Assembly (NCBI GenBank): GCA_041739675.1
Contig: JBGSNL010000035.1
Span: 1-29,621, forward strand
Reading direction: 5' to 3'
DNA from: a bacterium
GTDB taxonomy: Bacteria > UBA10199 > 2-02-FULL-44-16 > DYJF01
DNA length: 29,621 bases
Below the pieces are notes generated by a model that saw only the letters and a program-made list of their open reading frames with translations, was not told the DNA's origin and did not search any database. Numbering within the stretch: position 1 is the first letter of the stretch; each line of letters begins with the position of its first letter. The translations under genes were made by a program, and so were the position numbers. Positions 18,270 to 25,532 of this stretch are shown piece after piece.

Positions 18270-18468
18270 TGTTATCACCCCCCTTCCGAACGTAAATTTT
18301 GTACTCCAATTGTTCAAAATCCCTTTCATTGTTCACCTCCGTGGTTGGAATCCCTTTCCCTTTTTGGAACCGCCACATCCACTTCAGGAACTCCGTCCTA
18401 TGTTTGTCGTGTCACCTCCTTTGACATTAAACTTTTCACGTTAAATTCGTATTGGTGCCGTTAATTGC

Positions 18469-18484
18469 AGCAAGAAGTGCGCCA
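18469..18484 (-). promoter_or_regulatory. sigma54 promoter
   Basis: TGGCGCACTTCTTGCT (GG-N10-GC, near consensus TGGCAC-N5-TTGCW). Confidence 0.75.
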
Positions 18485-18774
18485 AACAATGTTTTATACG
18501 GCATCATAAAACATGTTTAAAAACAGCATATTAAAAGGAAGCGGATTTTACGTCAGGCCGCAAATACGAGTAGATTTCCACCTGCTCGAATTTCACCCTC
18601 TGAAGTGACCTGATATTTAAGGGTAAACTTCTGTGTCATTAATTTGACGCTGACACGAAAAACCGACGGTTAAACTTTAACGTCACGGATACCCTAATCA
18701 TGCTTACAATTTGGGGACGTTACCCTATGCCATAACATCTCGGAATTGTTACTCATCCAGGCACCATTTGGCTT

Positions 18775-18803
18775 TTGACTTATCCAACATTGTTTGGTAA
18801 TAT
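18775..18803 (+). promoter_or_regulatory. sigma70 promoter of the AbiEii module with a palindromic spacer
   Basis: TTGACT-17 nt-TAATAT. The spacer contains the palindrome AACATTGTT. Confidence 0.6.
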
Positions 18804-18819
18804 AGTTATTGGAGTTGAT

Positions 18820-19206
18820 ATGAGCGCCCTGATTAAGACTATCGGTAAAAGGAAGTACGCTTATCTTGCCTATCGAAGAGGCAATAAGGTCGTGCAAAAG
18901 TATCTCGGCCCCGCGGATGACGAAAACGTGGTTTCAAAGATCGAGCAGTTGAAATCGGAAAAAAAGATACCTCCGAAACTGTTCAAACTGTTCTGGGACA
19001 CAAGCCCCGGCGCAGTGAGCCTGAAAGCAAATGCCGTGTATATAATAGAACGGATTCTCGAGACAGGCGACGTCGAGGCATTTGAATGGCTGCAAAGAGT
19101 CTATCCGGCAAAAAAGATAATCGAGGTTTTTGAAACAAGCAGAAAAATCTCGCCAAAATCAAAAAATTTCTGGAAGATATGGTATGGGGTCGCCAATGCA
19201 TCTTAG
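18820..19206 (+). CDS. DUF6922-like putative antitoxin with an extra N-terminal basic beta domain
   Basis: ATG 18820 after GGAG. C-terminal LFWD...YIIERILETGD...W...FW pattern typical of AbiEii partners. N-terminal KRKYAYLAYRRGNKVVQKYLG. Confidence 0.75.
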   Translation: MSALIKTIGKRKYAYLAYRRGNKVVQKYLGPADDENVVSKIEQLKSEKKIPPKLFKLFWDTSPGAVSLKANAVYIIERILETGDVEAFEWLQRVYPAKKIIEVFETSRKISPKSKNFWKIWYGVANAS

Positions 19207-19846
19207 CTGTCTGCCAGCAAGTGTACACAACATTTTGAGCCGCCTGAAAACGATAACCGACATGCATCGGTTCATTCTCGGCGGAGGAACGGCGCTGGCG
19301 CTGCAGTTGGGCCACAGGATATCCGTCGATCTTGACTTCTTCACTCAAAACACGTTTTCAACGGAGTCTCTTTTTCAAAATTTGAAGGCAATCTCGTCGG
19401 CAATTCAGCTTCTCCAAGATGACGAGGGCACGCTGACGGTCATTGCCGACGAAACAAAAATCTCCCTCTTCCATTATCCCTACCCGTTTATTGAACCACC
19501 TGCCATATTGGAGGGCGTTTCCGTTGCCGGCATATTGGATGTATCGTCGATGAAGGTGATTGCAATAAGCCAGCGCGGGGCAAAGAGGGATTTTATCGAC
19601 TTGTATTTTGCCGCGCAGGATACTCCTTTCCGCAAAATCGCCGAAAATATGGCTATGCGTTTCGGGAAAGAGAGGATTAATCCCTTGCACATAGGAAAAT
19701 CTCTCGTTTATTTTGAGGATGCCGACGTGGATCCTGAACCGCATTACTTGATAAAAAATCCTCCAAAGTGGGAGGATATAAAAAAGTTTTTCAAAAAAAA
19801 CGTGCAGCAGATGGTGCTCGATCTGAAAAACGCAATTGAATTATGA
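19196..19846 (+). CDS. AbiEii/AbiGii-family nucleotidyltransferase toxin
   Basis: FILGGGTALALQLGHRISVDLDFF (GGT...DxD) and MK..AISQRG.KRDFIDLY. Overlaps the upstream gene. Confidence 0.9.
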   Translation: MHLSCLPASVHNILSRLKTITDMHRFILGGGTALALQLGHRISVDLDFFTQNTFSTESLFQNLKAISSAIQLLQDDEGTLTVIADETKISLFHYPYPFIEPPAILEGVSVAGILDVSSMKVIAISQRGAKRDFIDLYFAAQDTPFRKIAENMAMRFGKERINPLHIGKSLVYFEDADVDPEPHYLIKNPPKWEDIKKFFKKNVQQMVLDLKNAIEL

Positions 19847-21096
19847 AAAAACCTTTTAGGACTTCTCTCTGGGTGGCGTCGACATACTTTGCCGAAGGGC
19901 TGCCGTACATGATCGTGCGATTCATGTCCTCTGTCTTTTTTACCGACATGGGGGTGAGAGAGGCACTTCTGGGATTCATCAATTTCCTGGGCATACCATG
20001 GAACTTGAAGTTCTTGTGGGCCCCGTTTCTGGATATCTTCGGCACAAAACGCGGCTGGATGCTGAAGATTCAGTTTCTCATTACCGTGCTCGTGTTTGTG
20101 ATAGCCTTCTTCGCGGGTCTTGTGGGCAACCCCGACCCGGGCTCCATCCTTTATATAATAGCGTTCCTCTTTGTGGGACTGGCATTCATAGCTGCAACAA
20201 ATGACATATCGATTGACGCATATTATCTGGAAGGTCTGACGAACAAGGAAGATCAGGCAGCCTACTCGGGCCTGCGCGTGATGGCGTATCGCATCGCCGT
20301 GGTATATGCACGCAGCGTTCTCGTGGCGGTGGCCGGTTTTGTCAACTGGTTCTGGAGTTTCTCAGCCGGGGCCGCAACGATGCTGCTGTTTCTCCTCCTC
20401 CATAAATTTCTCCTGCCCAAGTTCGAAGCCGAACGCGTGAAAAGGCACGTGGCATTTGCCGAGGTGAAAAGAAGTTTCAGCGAGTCGTTTCTTTCTTATA
20501 TCCGGCAGGAGAAGTTCGTTCTCGCGATACTTTTTGCCGCCACTTACAAGCTGGGCGATGAAATCCTCTTCTCAATGAACACGCCTTTTCTGATGCGCGA
20601 GCTTGCCGTCACCAAGACGCAGCTGTCATGGCTTGCGGGAATCATCGGGTCTCTCGCCACCATCGCCGGCGCAATGATCGGCGCATGGTGGATAAAAAAG
20701 GCGAGCTTGAAGCGCGCCATCTGGCCCATCACCATCATTATGAACGTCAACATACTGGTTTATATTCTACTGTCGGAGTTGCGGCCGCAGGCCTATACCT
20801 CCGGCGGGCTTGCGCTGATCGCGGGAATTTACGCCTACGAAAATTTTGCGGCTAATTTGGGCACGCCGGCGCTTATGATCTATCTTATGAGATTGTGCAA
20901 TCCGGCCTACAAGGCGGCGCATTTCGCGATAGGCAGCGCGGTCATGAGCTTAGGCGCCATAGTGCTCGGCGGGTTTGCCGGAATAATAGTTGAACAGTTA
21001 GGCTACACAAATCTATTTATCATGGGATTTATAGCCGCAATCCCATCGATGATTTTGCTCTTCTTCATCCCGATGCATGAGAGCGACAAAAAATAA
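19843..21096 (+). CDS. AmpG-family MFS permease
   Basis: YFAEGLP, PWNLKFLWAPFLD, ATNDISIDAYY, YKLGD, many hydrophobic segments. ATGA overlap with the AbiEii gene. Confidence 0.85.
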   Translation: MKKPFRTSLWVASTYFAEGLPYMIVRFMSSVFFTDMGVREALLGFINFLGIPWNLKFLWAPFLDIFGTKRGWMLKIQFLITVLVFVIAFFAGLVGNPDPGSILYIIAFLFVGLAFIAATNDISIDAYYLEGLTNKEDQAAYSGLRVMAYRIAVVYARSVLVAVAGFVNWFWSFSAGAATMLLFLLLHKFLLPKFEAERVKRHVAFAEVKRSFSESFLSYIRQEKFVLAILFAATYKLGDEILFSMNTPFLMRELAVTKTQLSWLAGIIGSLATIAGAMIGAWWIKKASLKRAIWPITIIMNVNILVYILLSELRPQAYTSGGLALIAGIYAYENFAANLGTPALMIYLMRLCNPAYKAAHFAIGSAVMSLGAIVLGGFAGIIVEQLGYTNLFIMGFIAAIPSMILLFFIPMHESDKK

Positions 21097-21099
21097 AAA

Positions 21100-21152
21100 G
21101 GGGGCGCTTCTCCTGTTCGCATGGGCTTCATGTGAAAAAGAGAAGCGTCCCC
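21100..21152. repeat. 53-bp palindromic REP-like element, copy 2
   Basis: GGGGGCGCTTCTC...GAGAAGCGTCCCC outer stem and inner TTCGCATG/CATGTGAA stem. Lies between convergent genes. Confidence 0.75.
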
Positions 21153-21159
21153 TTAGTGT

Positions 21160-21579
21160 CTACTTTGCTCTCATCCTGCTCGCCGTGACCCACTCGTCCC
21201 ACGAACTGTCATAGCCGTCGTAATGGATCTTCCACTTGTTCTTTCCGGTGGAAATGACACGCGCCGGATACCATGAGCCCTTCCAGTTGACGTCCACGGC
21301 ATCGCCTACTGAATAGCTTCCCCCCTTGGACGGCGCGGCGGACGCCTCGGCTCCCGAAACCTTGATCCTGTCGGGGCCCACCCACTCGTCCCAGTTATTG
21401 CCGTAGCCGGTGTAGTGGATATAACATTCATCCCCCTTCACCTTCTTCACGGTGGCCGGATACCATGTGCCCTTCCAGAGCACATCGGCCTTGTCGCCGA
21501 CTTTGCACGCCGCGTATCCGCTGACCGCAAAACCGGTGACCATCGCCACTCCCAGCATCACTACCAGAAACCTTTTCAT
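21160..21579 (-). CDS. Exported protein with two Tudor-knot/Agenet-like domains
   Basis: Signal peptide ending SGYA and two repeats of VGD..DV.WKG.WYPA.V......IHY.GY...WDEWV...R. Confidence 0.85.
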   Translation of the reverse strand: MKRFLVVMLGVAMVTGFAVSGYAACKVGDKADVLWKGTWYPATVKKVKGDECYIHYTGYGNNWDEWVGPDRIKVSGAEASAAPSKGGSYSVGDAVDVNWKGSWYPARVISTGKNKWKIHYDGYDSSWDEWVTASRMRAK

Positions 21580-21593
21580 ACGCCCCCCTTTTT

Positions 21594-22106
21594 TTACTGC
21601 ACGCTGACGACTTCGACTTCGAAATTGAGAGTTTTTCCGGCCAGCGGATGATTCAGGTCCAAAGTGATTTCCTTGGTATCAAGCGCAACGACCTGCGCTT
21701 CGAAATCCTGACCTTGCACCTGACCGCCGACAACAGAGCCGACCTTCAACTTATCCGCATCCTTGAACGCCGTGCGCGGCACCTTCTGGACCGCAGCCGG
21801 GTTGTGCTCGCCGTAGCCTTCGGCGGGCGCCACTGCAACGCTCTTCTTGTCGCCTGCCTTCAGCCCCACAAGTTCCTTCTCCAGCCCCGGGATTATCTGC
21901 CCCGAACCCTGCGTGTATGCCAGAGGCTCCCTGCCCTCCGAAGAATCCACGACTTCGCCGTCCACCGTCAGCTTGTAGTTGATCGCAACCTTGGAACCCT
22001 CTTTGATTACCATTTTATCCTCTGCTTTCTTGAATGTGCTGCAGTTGGCGAGACAGACAGCTAAAGATACCAGCGCTATGCTTATTACATAGGATGTTTT
22101 TTTCAT
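21594..22106 (-). CDS. FKBP-type peptidyl-prolyl isomerase, SlyD/FkpB-like, with N-terminal export signal
   Basis: V.INY.L..DGEVVDSS.GREPL, GSGQIIPGLEKEL.G, PAEGYGE, DLNHPLAGKTLNFEVEV. No His-rich tail. Confidence 0.9.
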   Translation of the reverse strand: MKKTSYVISIALVSLAVCLANCSTFKKAEDKMVIKEGSKVAINYKLTVDGEVVDSSEGREPLAYTQGSGQIIPGLEKELVGLKAGDKKSVAVAPAEGYGEHNPAAVQKVPRTAFKDADKLKVGSVVGGQVQGQDFEAQVVALDTKEITLDLNHPLAGKTLNFEVEVVSVQ

Positions 22107-22115
22107 ATACCCCTG

Positions 22116-22151
22116 AAAGAAAAATCCCCGATCCTTTTGGGATCGGGGATT
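22116..22151 (-). terminator. Intrinsic terminator after the cold-shock gene
   Basis: AATCCCCGATCC/GGATCGGGGATT stem followed by a T-rich tract on the minus strand. Confidence 0.8.
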
Positions 22152-22165
22152 CGTTGTGGTTTGTT

Positions 22166-22381
22166 TTACACAGCCTTTACGTTTGCTGCCTGAAGACCCT
22201 TGGGGCCCTTCGTAACTTCAAACTCTACAACCTGACCTTCTCTCAAGGTCTTGAAGCCATCAGCCTGGATGGCCTGGAAGTGGACGAATACATCCTCGCC
22301 ACCATCTTCCGGTGCGATGAAGCCGTAGCCCTTTGAATCACTGAACCACTTCACCGATCCCTTTTTCTTCTCGTTCGACAT
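22166..22381 (-). CDS. Cold-shock protein (CspA family)
   Basis: [15 protein letters not shown] (RNP1), DVFVHF (RNP2), [18 protein letters not shown]. Confidence 0.96.
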   Translation of the reverse strand: MSNEKKKGSVKWFSDSKGYGFIAPEDGGEDVFVHFQAIQADGFKTLREGQVVEFEVTKGPKGLQAANVKAV

Positions 22382-22687
22382 ACCTACTCCTTCCTTTCAC
22401 TGATCCGCTTTCAGATGTTGGCACAAAAAAGCGCGGAGCCGCTTTCTTATGACCCGCGCCAGACCGTAAACCATTTACGTTGTGCTTCCAATCCGATAGC
22501 CGATCATCATATTTAACGGGGCGGAACCTAGAATAATTTCAAATAAATAGCAACATAAATTATCGCCCCCCCGTACAAACAGTATAAGGTGGCCTGAGCC
22601 CCTCTTTCCTGATATGGCGGGTCCTGCGCAAAAAAAGTGAGAAACTTTTATCGGGGCCTGCCGATAAGGTCTATAAAGGAGCAAGAT

Positions 22688-23137
22688 ATGCCCGAACCGA
22701 CACGAATCGTCCCAAAAATCACGAGCCAGGAGTACGAGATCAGAGACCTGAACGCCGACGGCCTGAAGGATAGAGTTAAGACGACAAGGTGTCAGTGGGA
22801 GGCTGGGGTGGAATACGACGAATCCTCCCCCGATTACATGAGGTGTTTTTCGTCCCCCGAAATCGTGCTCTCCGGGGATGCACAGGTTTCCGAGCTCCAG
22901 AGGATAACGAACAACGGCAACATGGATATCATCGTGGGGCAGAGATGCCTCTTTTACAGCCCCTATGACGAGACGCACACCGTGCATGAAGGAACGGTCA
23001 CGGGTTTTCTTGATTTCCCGAGCCACGTTTCGATAATTCACGGGGCGGTCAGATTCATCTCTTTCACAGCACAGATAATGCTCGATGACGGGACGGCGAC
23101 CTCCGCGGATATCGATTACATGATTCCCGTGCCCTGA
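22688..23137 (+). CDS. Hypothetical protein (149 aa) with a DxNxDG motif
   Basis: ATG 22688 after AAAGGAG. Contains DLNADGLKD. Preferred over the antisense ORF. Confidence 0.6.
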   Translation: MPEPTRIVPKITSQEYEIRDLNADGLKDRVKTTRCQWEAGVEYDESSPDYMRCFSSPEIVLSGDAQVSELQRITNNGNMDIIVGQRCLFYSPYDETHTVHEGTVTGFLDFPSHVSIIHGAVRFISFTAQIMLDDGTATSADIDYMIPVP

Positions 23138-23218
23138 TCCATCGGCAGATCGCGGCGGGAATATAGATACCACAACCCCCAGAGGCCGTAATTGAGGAGA
23201 ATCCCTTTAAGGAGACTT

Positions 23219-24631
23219 TTACCGGACTCTGCGCGTTCGAACAAAGCAAAGCGCGGGCAACGGGGCAAATAGGGCCAGTATCGGAATCAGAATGTGATCC
23301 AAATTATCGCCTGTTCTTGGCGGAATGATAGAGCCGCCACATCCCTTGGGCCCGGCGTCCAATGCATTTCCCGAATCACCGACTACTTCGACTTCCGGCT
23401 TGTCCGAGCTAGTGTCACCTGATACGGCGGCGGCATCCGGCGTTGAAACTATCTCGATCGGTGCGGAACCGAGATTTACGATCGGTATCCTGTCTTGAAC
23501 TCTACCGTTCAATCTGCCAGTTCTGCTGAAGGGCGTTGTCGAATTGGGTGCCTGAAACAAGGCAGCGACATCGATATCGAAACCGCAACCGTCCGATGGA
23601 AATGGCGAATAGGAGCGCAGGCTCGTGATCGGACAGGTCGAATCCTGGGCAGAGCAGTCCGCCACCGGCCTCCACGTATTCAGTCTTCCGACGTTCGTTT
23701 CATAAATTACCGCCCTGCCGCTGATCGCCCTCTCATCGTCCCCGTCTATCAGGTAAACGCCTCTCCATATGGCCCTCGTTTCGGGATTTCTCAGGCACAT
23801 GAAGAAATTTTCCCCGGACGAATCGCTTTCGAGCATTTTCGGAGTGAACACATCGAGGGCCGGATTGATATGTATCGGCGTGCGTATCGTGTCCATGGCA
23901 TAAATATTATACAGAAAAAAGCTGCCCCTTCCGCTCTCGACATCTATGGCGACGTTCGCGTTCGCGAAAGAATTCATGAGCCCTTCATCGAGACTTGCAG
24001 GACCGATGTGGACATGGTCACCGTTCTCGATGACGATCGAGCGGTCAAAGTACGTGAATGTCGATGAGAGCACCTTATGATACTGCCCCCTCAAGAGGAG
24101 CCCAACTCCGGTACCGGCTGCGACCCTCTTTCCACGCTCGACCCCTCTTACCCCAACCTCCGTTCCCGGTCTTATATCGTCAGCCCCAAGCTTGGCACCG
24201 CTGAATAGGATGTCACGGAGAGTGACCGGCGCATCGGTGTCCACGGTGAAAAGAACCGAATCGATCGTGTTGTTCAATTTAAGACCCGAAATGAGGACCG
24301 GTTTGTCAAGACGATGATTGAATATGATGCCGCCTGCCACAGAGACCATATCGCCGGAAAAGCAAAATCTGTACGCTCCGTCTTTCAGATGGCTGCGATA
24401 ATCATCAAAAACGGCTTGTACGGCCAGGTGTCTGCGTTCCAGGGCAACGAGATTGAAATCAATTGAGATTGGCGCCACACCGTCGCACGACAGGAGCGGT
24501 AATTCAATTGAAGTCACGAAAGTGCTACCCGAACCCGCATAGCCCGTGGAGGGTGCCCTGCCGTAAATCGATTTTGCCAGGAGGATCGCTAAAAAAATCA
24601 AGATGGGGATGATAAGCTTTTTGCGTTCCAT
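23219..24631 (-). CDS. Exported protein (470 aa) with beta-helix-like region and a C-terminal GC-TM-Arg sorting-like tail
   Basis: Start at MERKKLIIPILIFLAILLA, just downstream of a sigma54 motif. Ends GPKGCGGSIIPP...ILIPILALFAPLPALCFVRTRRVR. Confidence 0.75.
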   Translation of the reverse strand: MERKKLIIPILIFLAILLAKSIYGRAPSTGYAGSGSTFVTSIELPLLSCDGVAPISIDFNLVALERRHLAVQAVFDDYRSHLKDGAYRFCFSGDMVSVAGGIIFNHRLDKPVLISGLKLNNTIDSVLFTVDTDAPVTLRDILFSGAKLGADDIRPGTEVGVRGVERGKRVAAGTGVGLLLRGQYHKVLSSTFTYFDRSIVIENGDHVHIGPASLDEGLMNSFANANVAIDVESGRGSFFLYNIYAMDTIRTPIHINPALDVFTPKMLESDSSGENFFMCLRNPETRAIWRGVYLIDGDDERAISGRAVIYETNVGRLNTWRPVADCSAQDSTCPITSLRSYSPFPSDGCGFDIDVAALFQAPNSTTPFSRTGRLNGRVQDRIPIVNLGSAPIEIVSTPDAAAVSGDTSSDKPEVEVVGDSGNALDAGPKGCGGSIIPPRTGDNLDHILIPILALFAPLPALCFVRTRRVR

Positions 24632-24658
24632 AATCAGTTCTCTCAATTGCAAGTAATT

Positions 24659-24674
24659 TGCATCAAGCATGCCA
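24659..24674 (-). promoter_or_regulatory. sigma54 promoter
   Basis: TGGCATGCTTGATGCA (GG-N10-GC), 28 nt upstream of ATG 24631. Confidence 0.7.
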
Positions 24675-24870
24675 GCTTGGCCGTTTTCACGTTGCCAATT
24701 AACGAATGATTTTAATGGATTGGAAACCGCTTTTTGAAATTGAATCAATTCGCGGGTCTTTTTTGACCTGTACGCGGCTGTTTTTCTCGATTTGAAATAT
24801 GGGCTGGAATAATTCAAACTTTTTATTTATATGCGCCGATGGAATACGCATCTTCGAAAAGAGAAAGGCT

Positions 24871-25320
24871 ATGTCATACTATACCTGTATAGATGGTCCG
24901 GCGTTTACGGATTGGAAGAAAGCCGGGTGGTGTCAGATACATATGGAGCTGACACAAAAGCAGCCGTACGCTATGCATGGCCATTACACTTTTTGGGACT
25001 GGCTTGTTTTATGGGGCCCGCATGGGCCGCAGGACGAAGATCCTTCATATTATACCGTCGAACCTTTTGAAGATTGCACAGAGGGAGCAACGTTCGATTC
25101 ATGGTACAAAGATAATTACGCCGATGCCTTTGAGTGTCAGAACGCGCTGACGCGCATCAATGGTGAATGCTACGAAACGCAAGTCATCGGGACAAACTGG
25201 TTAGGATATCGTCAATATAAGGTCGTTCCTTCAGGGAAACCTCCGGAGCCGTTATCCTTTTGCGAGTTTCATTTGACGCGCGCAAGAGTGGATCAAATTC
25301 TCTATCGAGCTCTAAGATAG
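24871..25320 (+). CDS. Hypothetical Cys/Trp/Tyr-rich protein (149 aa)
   Basis: ATG 24871 after GAAAGG. Fills the intergenic space. No family recognised. Confidence 0.55.
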   Translation: MSYYTCIDGPAFTDWKKAGWCQIHMELTQKQPYAMHGHYTFWDWLVLWGPHGPQDEDPSYYTVEPFEDCTEGATFDSWYKDNYADAFECQNALTRINGECYETQVIGTNWLGYRQYKVVPSGKPPEPLSFCEFHLTRARVDQILYRALR

Positions 25321-25442
25321 AGAATCTACCGCTTCACTCATAACAGCGAATGTTATTATGAAAGCAAGGGCACTGCACTGCACTGCGCTGAGCAAGGAGA
25401 TGCCACCCGATCTGCAAAATACCGGGTCAAGAAAGTGGATTT

Positions 25443-25469
25443 TTGTCGGAAAAAAGCGGAATCCGACAA
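25443..25469. promoter_or_regulatory. Inverted repeat, candidate operator upstream of the haloperoxidase-like gene
   Basis: TTGTCGGA-N11-TCCGACAA, about 65 nt upstream of ATG 25533. Confidence 0.4.
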
Positions 25470-25532
25470 TGCCTGCCGGACAACAAAGCAGTTATACTTT
25501 TATTGTGCACGGCGACAATAAGGAGGCATATT

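Noticed and set aside
18193..18378. 61-aa minus-strand ORF as a leader peptide
   Set aside because: It overlaps the lipoprotein start in another frame, has no well-spaced strong SD and shows no recognisable features.
22475..23173. 232-aa minus-strand ORF
   Set aside because: Antisense to the plus-strand ORF that has a clear SD, and its composition is not protein-like.
24632..24817. 62-aa N-terminal extension of ORF 23219..24817
   Set aside because: It spans the sigma54 motif and AT-rich regulatory DNA. The signal peptide begins at Met 24631.
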